A DNA stretch of 52,871 nucleotides. Source: Thermoplasmata archaeon. GTDB lineage: Archaea > Thermoplasmatota > Thermoplasmata > Lutacidiplasmatales > UBA184. The notes under the pieces are model-generated. The model was not told where the DNA came from, did not search any database, and was given only the letters and a program-made list of their open reading frames with translations. Shown here piece after piece: positions 41,961 through 51,237 of this stretch; positions within the stretch are counted from its first letter, which is position 1; every line of letters starts with the position of its first letter. Both the position numbers and the translations under genes were made by a program. The stretch spans positions 1 to 52,871 of the forward strand of contig JBOGRR010000002.1 of assembly GCA_050749765.1 (NCBI GenBank). Reading direction: 5' to 3'.

Positions 41961-42614
41961 TCAGGAGGGCGGACCGGCGGGCGTCGCGGCGCGCTTCAGG
42001 TGCTCCGGCGGAACGACGTCGACGAGATAGACGGTCGTACCGGCCCGCATGATGACGAGGCCCGCGGCCCGCGCGGCTTTCGTGTCGACCTCGAGGATCA
42101 CCGGCTGCGGGGTGCGCACGGCGCCGGCCGCCCGCGCGTCGTCCGCGGTCTTCGATAGGTGTACCTTCTTGCGGTCGGAGGGTTTCAATCCGACCTCGAG
42201 CACGACCGCCGCTTCCGCCTCGGTCACGGGATAGTAGAGGGCGTCGGGGATGTTCTCCGTCGGAAGGTCGAGTTGAATGTCGAGCGTATGGCCATAGGTC
42301 GCCCGCACGAAGTCGTCGCGCACCTCGTAGCGGCCCTTCGCATCCGTCTCGGCGATCGCGACCAGGTGGTGCACGCGCAGCCAGGGGTAGCCCCGATGCC
42401 GCTGGCTCACGGCCCGAACGATCTGAGGGAGCGAGACCCATCCGTGGGCGTCCATCGTGAGGCCGTACCGGTCCGGAAAGTGGCGCAGGATCCCCGTGAG
42501 CACTCGGCCAAGGTGGTCGAGTTCGCGATCGTCCATCAGAAAGCGGCCCTCTTGCGCGCAGACCGGGCACTCGGTCCCGCGGAAGTAGCCGTGCTGCTCG
42601 CACTCCTTCAGCAT
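41961..42614 (-). CDS. kptA: RNA 2'-phosphotransferase (KptA/Tpt1)
   Basis: Motifs: LGRVLTGILRHFPDRYGLTMDAHGWVSL, YEVRDDFVRATYGHT and KKVHLS. An N-terminal CEQH...CPVC knuckle is present. Confidence 0.88.
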   Translation of the reverse strand: MLKECEQHGYFRGTECPVCAQEGRFLMDDRELDHLGRVLTGILRHFPDRYGLTMDAHGWVSLPQIVRAVSQRHRGYPWLRVHHLVAIAETDAKGRYEVRDDFVRATYGHTLDIQLDLPTENIPDALYYPVTEAEAAVVLEVGLKPSDRKKVHLSKTADDARAAGAVRTPQPVILEVDTKAARAAGLVIMRAGTTVYLVDVVPPEHLKRAATPAGPPS

Positions 42615-42633
42615 GGACGGGCGGGTCCCCTTC

Positions 42634-42921
42634 TTACGCCTTGACCTTGTCCGCTTTCTTGTCGAAGTCTGCGAGCAGATCCCCGTAGGAATCGGCGAGA
42701 TCCTTGAGGACGCGCTTGAGCACCTGTTGGGGTTTTTCGCCCTTCGTCTTCACGTAGAGCGTGGGGCGGTCGAGGTAGGGATGACCGAGGTAGTAGCGCG
42801 CCTCGACGACCTTCTCCTCGTGCTGGAGCGCCTCGACGAGCGGGATGAGCAACGTCTCCTCCCCCTTCGGGATCTCGAGACGAAGGCTGTCGTGGTCCTT
42901 TTCAGCGACACGAACGTCCAT
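42634..42921 (-). CDS. rpoL: DNA-directed RNA polymerase subunit L (Rpo11)
   Basis: The last 95 codons of a 371-aa track ORF are real. They read MDVRVAEKDHDSLRLEIPKGEETLLIPLVEALQHEEKVVEARYYLGHPYLDRPTLYVKT. Confidence 0.9.
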   Translation of the reverse strand: MDVRVAEKDHDSLRLEIPKGEETLLIPLVEALQHEEKVVEARYYLGHPYLDRPTLYVKTKGEKPQQVLKRVLKDLADSYGDLLADFDKKADKVKA

Positions 42922-43006
42922 GAGCGATCCTGAGAGCGGCCCACTTTCGCTCGGTTCATAAGCGTGGCGGCGCGCGAGGCTCCGCACGGGGCGCCCTCCC
43001 GACGGC

Positions 43007-43014
43007 TCTATAAC
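43007..43014 (+). promoter_or_regulatory. TATA-box-like element (TCTATAAC)
   Basis: Centred ~31 nt upstream of ATG 43042. Confidence 0.4.
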
Positions 43015-43041
43015 CGCTGCCGCTTCGTGGACGACGTCCGA

Positions 43042-44445
43042 ATGCGAGCCCTGATCGTCGGCGGGGGAGCCCGAGAGCACGCGATCGCCCAAGCGCTCGT
43101 GACCGCCGGGGCGGAGATTGTCACCGCTTCTCCTCAACCGAACCCTGGCCTCGAACGCCTCGGGCGAGGCGCGCTGCGCGTCGACGTGACCGCCGCCGAC
43201 CGCATCGCGGAGTTCGGGGAGCGCCAGGAGGTCGACTACGCGGTGATCGGGCCCGAGGCCGCGCTCGCCGCGGGGGTCTCCGACGCCTTGCGCGGGCTCG
43301 ACATCGGGGTCGTCGGCCCCTCCAAGGCGGCGGCCCAGATCGAATCTTCGAAGCTCTTCTGCCGCGAGCTGCTCGCGCGTCATCACGTCAGCGGCCAACC
43401 GGCGTGGCGGGCGCCGCGAACGATCGAGGAGGTCGACGGCGCGATCGCGGAGCTCGACCGACCGTTCGTCGTGAAGCCGAGCGGGCTCACGGCGGGCAAA
43501 GGCGTCTGGGTCCAAGGGGCCGACTTCCCGGACCCCAAGCCGGGAGCGGCCTATGCGAAGAGCCTGCTCGCCCAGGGCGGACGCGTCCTCCTCGAGGAGA
43601 AGCTCGAGGGCGAGGAGTTCAGCCAGATGGCGTTCGTCACCGATTCGGGGATCTACCCGATGCCGGCGGTACAGGACTTCAAGCGCGCGCTCGAGGGGGA
43701 CCGTGGAGGGAACACGGGTGGAATGGGGGCCTACTCCCAACGCGACCATCTATTGCCGTTCCTCAGCTCGAATTCGCGCGACCGCGCGATCGGCGTGCTC
43801 GAAGGGGCCGTCGCCGCCCTGCGGGCCGAGGGGATCGAGTACCGAGGCGTCCTCTACGGCGGGTTCATGCTCACCGCGAACGGCCCGCTGTTGCTCGAGT
43901 TCAATGCGCGCTTTGGGGACCCTGAAGGGGCGAACGTGTTGGCGCTCTACGAGGAGGGGAACTTCGACGAGCTCCTCTTCGGGGTCGCGACCGGGAAGGT
44001 CGATCCGAACCTCGTGCGCTTCCGGCTCCGCGCGACGGTCCTTCGCTACCTCGTCCCGCCCGGATACGGTGACCGGCCCCAAACCGGGGGCGTGATCGAG
44101 CTCGACGAACCCGCGATCGAGGCGGAAGGGGTCCGGGTCCTCTACGGGAGCGTCGAGCCGGCCGGTCCGGCGGCGGTGCGCCTCGGCTCGGGGCGCGGCG
44201 TCGCGCTCCTCGGCGAGGCGAGCGCGATCCATGAGGCCGCGGTGCGCGTCGAGGCCGCCCTCGCCCACGTGAAGGGGGACTACTACGTCCGCCACGACAT
44301 CGGAACTCTCGCGGACCTCGCGCGTCGACGCGAGCACATGCGCCAGCTCCTGGCTCCGGGAGCGAAGTCCTCACCGTTGCCCTTGAGCGTCGCCGCGGCG
44401 GACGCACCCCCCTCGAGCGCCGCGCCGGACGAGATGCGCGTATAG
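43042..44445 (+). CDS. purD: phosphoribosylamine--glycine ligase
   Basis: Motifs: MRALIVGGGAREHAIAQAL, VIGPEAAL, SKLFCRELL, FVVKPSGLTAGKGV, GDRGGNTGGMGAYS and FNARFGDPE. Confidence 0.93.
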   Translation: MRALIVGGGAREHAIAQALVTAGAEIVTASPQPNPGLERLGRGALRVDVTAADRIAEFGERQEVDYAVIGPEAALAAGVSDALRGLDIGVVGPSKAAAQIESSKLFCRELLARHHVSGQPAWRAPRTIEEVDGAIAELDRPFVVKPSGLTAGKGVWVQGADFPDPKPGAAYAKSLLAQGGRVLLEEKLEGEEFSQMAFVTDSGIYPMPAVQDFKRALEGDRGGNTGGMGAYSQRDHLLPFLSSNSRDRAIGVLEGAVAALRAEGIEYRGVLYGGFMLTANGPLLLEFNARFGDPEGANVLALYEEGNFDELLFGVATGKVDPNLVRFRLRATVLRYLVPPGYGDRPQTGGVIELDEPAIEAEGVRVLYGSVEPAGPAAVRLGSGRGVALLGEASAIHEAAVRVEAALAHVKGDYYVRHDIGTLADLARRREHMRQLLAPGAKSSPLPLSVAAADAPPSSAAPDEMRV

Positions 44446-44458
44446 ACCGCGAGATTGG

Positions 44459-45016
44459 ATGACGACCTCTCGAGAGTTCTGCCGATTCGCCCCGTCCCGT
44501 GAACCGATCCCGCTCGTGACCGTGTGGGCGTCGCCGCGCCGCGCGTGCCTCTCCGTGTTTCTCCTCCTCACGCCGGCCGAGCACCCGACGCACGTCCTCG
44601 CGGGGAAGATCGACCCTCGAGCCGATTGGGAGGAGATCGGCGCCCTCTCGGCGCCGATGGTCGAGGCCAACCGCGAACGATGGATCCTCCCCAGCTCGCA
44701 CCTCATCATCGGCGAGGGACCGACCGCCGCCGCCGCACGGATCCTCGCGGAGCAATTGGGTGGTTTCCCCGCCGATCTCGCTCCCCCGCTCGTGATCCAC
44801 GATACCTACCCGCAGCGCGGAGCCCCGGAGGCCCCGCCGCATTGGGACATCGGCTTCGTATTCCGCGGGCGAGTCGACCCGGCTCGGCTCCCGGCGACGA
44901 CCGCGTTCCGGGAGTTGCGCTTTCTCGACCTCCCCGCCGTCGAGCGCGCGCAGTTCGGACGTATGCACGACGAGGTGCTCGAAGAGGCCGGCTTCTCGTG
45001 GACCCCCGGCCGATAG
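44459..45016 (+). CDS. hypothetical protein with degenerate Nudix-like box
   Basis: WILPSSHLIIGEGPTAAAARILAEQLG resembles the Nudix pattern W.LPGG..E.GE....AA.RE..EE.G but lacks most catalytic Glu residues. Confidence 0.55.
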   Translation: MTTSREFCRFAPSREPIPLVTVWASPRRACLSVFLLLTPAEHPTHVLAGKIDPRADWEEIGALSAPMVEANRERWILPSSHLIIGEGPTAAAARILAEQLGGFPADLAPPLVIHDTYPQRGAPEAPPHWDIGFVFRGRVDPARLPATTAFRELRFLDLPAVERAQFGRMHDEVLEEAGFSWTPGR

Positions 45017-45038
45017 GCCCCACCGGCGCTCGGCGAAG

Positions 45039-45048
45039 GATAAAATAC
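45039..45048 (+). promoter_or_regulatory. TATA-box-like element (GATAAAATAC)
   Basis: Centred ~30 nt upstream of ATG 45074 (tfs). Confidence 0.45.
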
Positions 45049-45073
45049 GCTGCGCGGGGTAGAATCCTCTCCG

Positions 45074-45385
45074 ATGTTCTGCCCCAAATGCCACCGGCTG
45101 ATGCGGCCGGACAAGAGCGCGAAGGCCTGGCGCTGCGCCACCTGCGGGACGAAGGTCCCGCTCGGATCGGGCGTCGAGGTCGGTCGCTCGGCGCCGTCCG
45201 GGCGTACGGTCGATGTCGTGGAGGAGTCGGCGACGCCCACCCTTCCGACGACCCAGGAGCAATGCCCGAAGTGCGCCAACGACACCGCCTACTGGGTCCT
45301 GCGTCAAACCCGGGGCGCCGACGAGCCGGAAACCCGCATCTTCGAGTGCACGAAGTGCGGCCACAAGTGGCGGGAATATCAGTGA
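45074..45385 (+). CDS. tfs: transcription factor S (TFS; RNA polymerase subunit M-like)
   Basis: N-terminal Zn ribbon CPKC...CATCG and C-terminal Zn ribbon CPKCANDTAYWVLRQTRGADEPETRIFECTKCGHKW, with the acidic-loop DE. Confidence 0.92.
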   Translation: MFCPKCHRLMRPDKSAKAWRCATCGTKVPLGSGVEVGRSAPSGRTVDVVEESATPTLPTTQEQCPKCANDTAYWVLRQTRGADEPETRIFECTKCGHKWREYQ

Positions 45386-46686
45386 CCGATGCCCCCCGGG
45401 TCGCGATCCGCGAGGTCTTTCTCGAGGAGCGCCTCGGAGCGGTCGTGCGCGTGCGCGGCTGGGTGCAGCGGACGCGCTCGAGCGGAGGGATCCTCTTTGC
45501 GAAGATGCGCGACCGCACCGGCTCGGTCCAGGTCACGGCCCGACGCGACACCCTGGGCGACGCCGCGTTCGAGGCCTTCGAGCACGTTCAGGTCGAGGGG
45601 GCGGTCATCGTGACCGGAGAGATCGTCGCGGACCCGCGCAGTCCGGGAGGCCGCGAGGTCCGCGCGCGTTCGATCGTGGTGGTCGACTCGGGCACTCCGT
45701 TCCCGATCTTCCAAGAACAGACCGAAGAGTTCCGGCTCGATCAGCGCCATCTCGTCGTGCGCTCGGCGGACTTCGTCGCGACGTTCCGAGTCAAGGCCGA
45801 GCTGTTGCACGCGATCCGCGAGTTCATGGACCAGGAGGAGGTCCTCGAGATGACCCCACCGATCCTCACCGGCAACAGCGCGGAGGGAGGGGCCGAAGCG
45901 TTCGCGATCGACTACTTCGGCCGTCCCGGGTATCTCTCTCAGACCGCGCAGCTCTACCTCGAGGCGCTCCTCGTGCCGAACGAACGGGTGTACGCCTTGA
46001 CCCCGTCGTTCCGCGCGGAGAAGATGCGCACCCCTCGCCACCTCACCGAGTACCTCCACCTCGAAGGGGAGTTCGCCTGGTGCGATCTCGAAGAGCTTCT
46101 GGGGTTCATCGAGCGGATGGTCGTCTTCGCGGCGCACCGGATCGCCGAACGGCGGCCCGCGGAGCTCGCGGAGCTCGGCCGACCGCCCGCCGAGCTCGCC
46201 CAGTTGAGCGCGCCGTTCCCGCGCATCACCTACTCGCAAGCGATCGCCGAGCTTCAGCAGAAGGGCCACTCGATCGAGTGGGGGAGCGATCTCGGTACCG
46301 CCGAGGAGCGCGCGCTCACGCTCGAGCGGAACGTCCCCGTCTTCGTCACCCACTTTCCGCGGGAGCTCAAGGCGTTCTACATGCTGCGCAGCCCCGGCGA
46401 TCCTCGGACCGTCGAGGCGGCCGATCTGCTCGCCCCCGAGGGGTACGGCGAGGTCGTCGGAGCGTCGTGCCGCGAGACCGACATCCGCGCGCTCGTCGAT
46501 CGCCTGCACGCGCTCGGCGCGGATCCCGCGGGCTACGAATGGTACCTCGATCTCCGTCGCCACGGTAACATCCCGCACGCAGGATTCGGCCTCGGCGTGG
46601 AACGGCTCGTCCGCTGGATGGTCCGACGCGAGCACATCCGCGACACGACGCCGTTCCCCCGCACCCCGAGCCGCCACACACCCTAG
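45382..46686 (+). CDS. asnS: asparagine--tRNA ligase
   Basis: GTG 45382 overlaps the tfs stop (GTGA). N-terminal OB domain (VRVRGWVQRTRSSGGILFAKMRDRTG), then class II motifs FRAEKMRTPRHLTEY, KAFYM and GFGLGVERL. The Glu in that last motif indicates Asn- rather than Asp-type. Confidence 0.9.
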   Translation: MTDAPRVAIREVFLEERLGAVVRVRGWVQRTRSSGGILFAKMRDRTGSVQVTARRDTLGDAAFEAFEHVQVEGAVIVTGEIVADPRSPGGREVRARSIVVVDSGTPFPIFQEQTEEFRLDQRHLVVRSADFVATFRVKAELLHAIREFMDQEEVLEMTPPILTGNSAEGGAEAFAIDYFGRPGYLSQTAQLYLEALLVPNERVYALTPSFRAEKMRTPRHLTEYLHLEGEFAWCDLEELLGFIERMVVFAAHRIAERRPAELAELGRPPAELAQLSAPFPRITYSQAIAELQQKGHSIEWGSDLGTAEERALTLERNVPVFVTHFPRELKAFYMLRSPGDPRTVEAADLLAPEGYGEVVGASCRETDIRALVDRLHALGADPAGYEWYLDLRRHGNIPHAGFGLGVERLVRWMVRREHIRDTTPFPRTPSRHTP

Positions 46687-46727
46687 CGGCCGCGCCGAAG
46701 GGGCAAGGTTCAAGAGCGACGGCGCTG

Positions 46728-47366
46728 GTGACCTCGCTGCGCTCTTCCGTCGGAGATCCTAGCGTGGGTAGCCAACACAGTTCGGACCGAGGAGAGCGGG
46801 GGACCGACCTGCCACCGAAATCTGCGCCGGGGGGCGATGCCGCCGGCGCCAAGCCGGAGCCCGTGCCACCGGCGAAGGAACTCCCCCCGCCCGAAAAGCC
46901 CGCGCTCAGCGTCGAACGCCTCACGCATCTCGATGTCAACGAGGTCTGCGGCCTGTACAAGAAGGTCTGGGACGCTCAGCGCGCCGATCTCTCCCCGGAG
47001 ATGGTGAAGGCGTGGGAGCCCACTCCGCTCGAGTTCACGAGCTGGATGGAGGGAGTGACCTACTTCGCCGCGCGACGCAACGGACGCCTGGTCGGCGTCG
47101 TGGGACTCGAGACCTCGCACGGAAGCGGCCGGTTCGTCCACCTCGCCGTCGAACCGGAAGGGCGTCGGCAGGGCGTCGCGACCGCGCTCATCCGCACGAC
47201 GATCGAGTGGGCGAAGAAGAATGGCTGCGCGTCGGTGTGGGCCGATACCCTCGCGAGGTTCACGAGCGCCGCCCAACTCCTCAAGCATCTCGACTTTGAA
47301 GAGTCGGGGGTCCTCCACCGCCACGAGTGGAGCGAGGACGTTCGGTTCTTCGAGCGTCTTCTATAG
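46728..47366 (+). CDS. GNAT-family N-acetyltransferase with low-complexity N-terminal extension
   Basis: Motifs: LVGVVGLETSHGSGRFVHLAVEPEGRRQGVATALIRTTIEWAKKNG. GTG 46728 is the maximal start. In-frame GTG 46863 is an alternative that removes the Pro-rich leader. Confidence 0.72.
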   Translation: MTSLRSSVGDPSVGSQHSSDRGERGTDLPPKSAPGGDAAGAKPEPVPPAKELPPPEKPALSVERLTHLDVNEVCGLYKKVWDAQRADLSPEMVKAWEPTPLEFTSWMEGVTYFAARRNGRLVGVVGLETSHGSGRFVHLAVEPEGRRQGVATALIRTTIEWAKKNGCASVWADTLARFTSAAQLLKHLDFEESGVLHRHEWSEDVRFFERLL

Positions 47367-47400
47367 GTCCCGGGCCGACCGCCCCGAAGGGCGGAGAGAG

Positions 47401-47485
47401 TGCAGGGGGTGAGATTTGAACTCACGAACTCCTACGAGACCAGGACCTCAACCTGGCGCCTTTGACCAAGCTGGGCCACCCCTGC
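47401..47485 (-). tRNA. tRNA-Leu (anticodon GAG)
   Basis: The minus-strand reading is GCAGGGGTGGCCCAGCTTGGTCAAAGGCGCCAGGTTGAGGTCCTGGTCTCGTAGGAGTTCGTGAGTTCAAATCTCACCCCCTGCA. It has a 7-bp acceptor stem, the anticodon loop TTGAGGT, a long variable arm and a TTCAAAT T-loop. Confidence 0.93.
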
Positions 47486-47514
47486 ACCAACGGCTCGGCC
47501 TACAGGAGTCGGAC

Positions 47515-47526
47515 GATAAGTCTTGC
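47515..47526 (-). promoter_or_regulatory. BRE/TATA-like 12-mer GCAAGACTTATC (minus sense), copy 2
   Basis: The TATA part is centred 33 nt upstream of the mature tRNA-Leu 5' end. It is identical to 21255-21266. Confidence 0.45.
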
Positions 47527-47562
47527 CAACGCGCGGTCGAACGAGATCGGTCCCGGGCAAAC

Positions 47563-47570
47563 CCTATTAG
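47563..47570 (+). promoter_or_regulatory. TATA-box-like element (CCTATTAG)
   Basis: Centred ~26 nt upstream of GTG 47593 (alba). Confidence 0.4.
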
Positions 47571-47592
47571 TCGAGTCCTCTCGCATCGCGTT

Positions 47593-47940
47593 GTGACGGA
47601 GGGCGCTGCGGCCGCGCGTCCCGAGAGCCCCTTCGGGCCACCGCGGGTCTTCATCGGATCGAAGCCGACGATGACCTACGCCTTCCAGGTCGTCGCTCAG
47701 CTCAATTCAGGGGCCGATCCCGTCCTCGTCAAAGCGCGAGGCGCGGCGATCGGCAAGGCGGTCGACGTGATCGAGGTGATCCGTCGGCGCCTGCTCCCGA
47801 ACGAGGTCGCGGTCGGAACGATCGAGATCGGCACAGAGCGGCTCACCAACCGCGACGGGCGCGACGCGAACGTCTCCTCGATCACGATCCCGGTGCGTCG
47901 GACGACACCGGTCCCGCCGATGCCACCCCCGAGCGCGTAG
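47593..47940 (+). CDS. albA: chromatin protein Alba
   Basis: RVFIGSKPTMTYAFQVVAQLNSGADPVLVKARGAAIGKAVDVIEVIRRRLL...SSITIPV matches the Alba fold signature. GTG 47593 is the only start that keeps strand beta-1. Confidence 0.88.
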   Translation: MTEGAAAARPESPFGPPRVFIGSKPTMTYAFQVVAQLNSGADPVLVKARGAAIGKAVDVIEVIRRRLLPNEVAVGTIEIGTERLTNRDGRDANVSSITIPVRRTTPVPPMPPPSA

Positions 47941-49771
47941 CGCGAGGGACCCGGAGCACCCAAGTTCCGGCCCAAAGATCACCGATGCGCTGGTGCTCCG
48001 CCGACAGATAGATCGCAGCGATACCGACCGCCGCCTCCACGAGGACGGTGATCGCGATGAACACCACGAGCGCGACGAAGAGGAGCGTTCCCGAGATCGC
48101 AGGGAGACCCGAGAGGCTCGCATTTTGTCCCTGGGCCACGGCGACGATCGTGGGGCCGAGCAGCCCGATCGCGCTCAGTTCGATGAGCTTCGGCGACTCG
48201 CGCACCATCGAGCGGAGCCCGCCGACCGTCGCACCGCTCCGATCGCAGACCTCGAGGCCGACCACCCACTTGCCCACCGTCGTTCCGAAGAGCACCGGGC
48301 CGAGGACGAAGTAGAGGAACGAGATCCCGACGAAGCCGTAGGCCGCCGTCACGATCGGGATCCCGCTGACCGCGGAGGAGAGCGAGCTCGACCCGCTCTC
48401 GAGCTCCCACCACAACGCGAAGGCGGGCGCGCTCACGAGGAGGAGATCGATCACGAGCGCGATCGCCCGAGCCCCGATCGACCCGAATCGCTCGACGGTG
48501 AGACGGCGCCCTACCGCGACGAGCGCCCGCGCGGTCTGGGTCCCCCGTTCGGCTTCGACCTCGTTCACGACGCGCTCGCGAGCGACGGCGTCGAGGTTCG
48601 CCTGGTCGGCCACGACCCACCCCGGCACCGACAGCCCCTCCCAAGGGTGGGCCGGATCGACCGGTGGCCGACCGAGCAATCGCTGGGCCTGGTCGGCCGC
48701 CGCGTGGCTCGCATCGCGAGCTCGCTCCACCGCGAGGCGGTTCTCGCCCATCACCGCGGCTCGCGTCCCCTCCGAGAGCAGGCCGAACGGGCTCGGCGCC
48801 GGGGCGCGCGACGCGGGTAGGACCGTCCGCAGGGGCGAGTCTCGGTAGCGCACGAGGAGGTAGGCGACCGCGAGCGCCACGAGCCCCGAGAGGTAGACGA
48901 GGTCGAAGAAATCCGCCCCCCCGATGACGTAGAGCCCCTTGGTCGCTGAGGAAAAGAGCGGCGGTTCGCGAAGGAGGTCGGCCCCGATGAGGACACCGAA
49001 GGTCGTGCTCGCATAGGCGAGCGGGAGGGCGCGGCTCGACTCCGTACCGAACAGGGTGGGGGACGCGGCGACCGCGAGCGCGCCGGCGCTGATCGGCGCG
49101 ACGAGGTACGCCGGGAAGGCGACGACGATCCCCTCACCGGGGATCGACTGGGAGATGAGGTACGTGACGACCAGGACCCCGGAGCTTAGGGCGACCATCC
49201 CCACGAGCGGACGCGCCGCTTCGCGCTCCACGGGAAGGACTCCGGCGGCGAGCGTGGCGGCGACCCCTACCGCGGTCACGCCGATCGCCGGAAGTAGGGT
49301 ACCGGGGAGCCACACCACCACCGCGAACGCTCCGATCGCCTCACCGCCGAAGACGGCGAGGTAGAGGAGGAGCGAGCGCGCCCACGGCGGGGCGAACCGC
49401 TCAAAGAGGTAGGCCGAGAGTGCGACCGGGATCAGTCCACCCCCGACGCTGATCGCGATGACGTTGCCCGAGAACGGGAAGAGCGGGACGATCGTGAACA
49501 GGCAGAGGATGACCGCGGGTACCAGGAGCCAGAAGACGAGGCGCTCGAACCCGGCATCGCGAGCGAACTCCCGGTTCTCCCAGACGAAGAGGAAGAGGAA
49601 GAGCCAGAGCAGCGGAACGAGGAAGAGCGCTGCGGTCACGTCCGCAATGTCGTATCCGATCGTCACCGGGCCGATCAACGTCTGCGTCCGGCCGGGCCCG
49701 GCCGACCGGTCCGGCGAGGGTGAGACGACCGAAGGTCCACCTAAAGGGTTTTCTAAGCGGCGACTCGTCAA
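47882..49771 (-). CDS. polytopic membrane protein with C-terminal RDD-like domain
   Basis: The N-terminal ~330 aa has many TM helices. A soluble linker follows, then a C-terminal RDD-type module (RAIALVIDLLL...GKWVVGLEV...RIGDLWAGTWVL). The start is uncertain: TTG 49771 or GTG 49666. The 3' end overlaps alba by 59 nt in a convergent arrangement. Confidence 0.68.
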   Translation of the reverse strand: MTSRRLENPLGGPSVVSPSPDRSAGPGRTQTLIGPVTIGYDIADVTAALFLVPLLWLFLFLFVWENREFARDAGFERLVFWLLVPAVILCLFTIVPLFPFSGNVIAISVGGGLIPVALSAYLFERFAPPWARSLLLYLAVFGGEAIGAFAVVVWLPGTLLPAIGVTAVGVAATLAAGVLPVEREAARPLVGMVALSSGVLVVTYLISQSIPGEGIVVAFPAYLVAPISAGALAVAASPTLFGTESSRALPLAYASTTFGVLIGADLLREPPLFSSATKGLYVIGGADFFDLVYLSGLVALAVAYLLVRYRDSPLRTVLPASRAPAPSPFGLLSEGTRAAVMGENRLAVERARDASHAAADQAQRLLGRPPVDPAHPWEGLSVPGWVVADQANLDAVARERVVNEVEAERGTQTARALVAVGRRLTVERFGSIGARAIALVIDLLLVSAPAFALWWELESGSSSLSSAVSGIPIVTAAYGFVGISFLYFVLGPVLFGTTVGKWVVGLEVCDRSGATVGGLRSMVRESPKLIELSAIGLLGPTIVAVAQGQNASLSGLPAISGTLLFVALVVFIAITVLVEAAVGIAAIYLSAEHQRIGDLWAGTWVLRVPRATRSGVASAGPVSSDAPGS

Positions 49772-49780
49772 TCGATCGCG

Positions 49781-51181
49781 ATGAGCGCCCCGCGCGTGGA
49801 AGAGGACTCTCTCGGAACGCGCGAGGTGCCGTCCGAGGCGTACTGGGGGATCCAGACGCTGCGGGCCTGCGACAACTTCCCCGTCAGCGGTCGAACGATC
49901 TCGCCGTACCTACGGCGGGCGTATGCGCTCCTCAAGCTCGCGACCGTGCGCGCGAACCTCGAGCTCGGAGGGATCGACGAGCGACGCGGGCGCGCGATCG
50001 CGCAGGCCGCCGAGGAGATGGTCGCCGGACGGTTCGACGATCAGTTCCCGATCGACGTCTTCCAGGCGGGCGCGGGTACGAGCACGCACATGAACGTGAA
50101 CGAAATCCTCGCCAACCGCGCTCTCGAGATCCTCGGCCTTCCCCGGGGGCGGTATGCGGAGGTGAGTCCCAACGATCACCCGAACCGGGGCCAATCGACG
50201 AACGACACGTTCCCCTCCGCCGCTCAGGTAGCGACGCTCCTCGCCCTGCGGGACCTCCGGCCGTCGATCGGAGCGCTGATCGCGAGCCTACGCCGCAAGG
50301 GGGAGGAATTCGCCCGCTTTCCTAAGGCCGGCCGAACGCACCTCAAGGACGCGCTCCCCGTGACCCTCGGCCAGGAGTTCCACGCCTACGCGACGGCGCT
50401 CGAGCACGTCGTGGAAGCGCTGGCCCCCGTCGAGCACGCGCTCGCCGAGATCCCGCTCGGCGGGAGCGCGGTCGGCACGGGGGTCAACTCGGTCGTCGGG
50501 TTCCGCGTCCGAGCCGTGCACCTCTACGGGGAACTCACGGCGCTTCCGTTGCGGGCCGCCCGCGACCCGTTCGAAGCGATGCAGAGCCGATGGCCGCTCG
50601 CCTTCGCCGCGGCGTGGCTCAAGCTGCTCGCCCTCGAGCTGATCCGCATCGCGGGCGATCTCCGCCTCCTCTCGAGCGGGCCGCACACGGGTCTAGACGA
50701 GATCCGACTCCCCGAGATCCAGCCGGGGTCGTCGATCATGCCGGCGAAGGTGAACCCGTCGGCGGCCGAGTGCCTCACGATGGTCGGCTACCATGTCGCG
50801 GGCGCCGAGGCCGCGGTCGCGTTCGCGACGCAGGGAGGGCAGCTCGAGATCAACGTGATGATGCCGCTCGCGGTCTACGAGACGCTCTTCTCCGCGGAGA
50901 TCCTGATCCGCTATCTGCCCGTGTTCGCACGGACGTCGATCGATGGGGCCACCGCGAACCCGGCGCAGCTCGAGCGGTTCTTGCGCGCTTCCGGAGCGCT
51001 CGCGACCGTGCTGACCCCCCGCCTCGGCTACCTCAAGGTCGCCGAGCTGATCCACGCGGCCGAGCGGACCGGGCGAACGGTCCAAGAGCTCGCGGTGGAC
51101 CAGGGACTGCTCAGCGCCGGGGAGGTCGAGACGCTCCTCAGCGCCGCTGCGCTCCTGAAGCTCACCGTTCCCGTGCGCTGA
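49781..51181 (+). CDS. aspA: aspartate ammonia-lyase (class II fumarase/aspartase family)
   Basis: Motifs: RVEEDSLGTREVPSEAYWGIQTLRA, GTSTHMNVNE, QSTNDTFP and GSSIMPAKVNP. The Ala in GSSIMPAKVNP indicates aspartase-type, whereas Gly is typical of FumC. Confidence 0.9.
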   Translation: MSAPRVEEDSLGTREVPSEAYWGIQTLRACDNFPVSGRTISPYLRRAYALLKLATVRANLELGGIDERRGRAIAQAAEEMVAGRFDDQFPIDVFQAGAGTSTHMNVNEILANRALEILGLPRGRYAEVSPNDHPNRGQSTNDTFPSAAQVATLLALRDLRPSIGALIASLRRKGEEFARFPKAGRTHLKDALPVTLGQEFHAYATALEHVVEALAPVEHALAEIPLGGSAVGTGVNSVVGFRVRAVHLYGELTALPLRAARDPFEAMQSRWPLAFAAAWLKLLALELIRIAGDLRLLSSGPHTGLDEIRLPEIQPGSSIMPAKVNPSAAECLTMVGYHVAGAEAAVAFATQGGQLEINVMMPLAVYETLFSAEILIRYLPVFARTSIDGATANPAQLERFLRASGALATVLTPRLGYLKVAELIHAAERTGRTVQELAVDQGLLSAGEVETLLSAAALLKLTVPVR

Positions 51182-51237
51182 GCCGTAGTCCTCGCACTCG
51201 GGGCACCGTTAAGTGGCCCCGCTCTCCTGAAGGGCGG

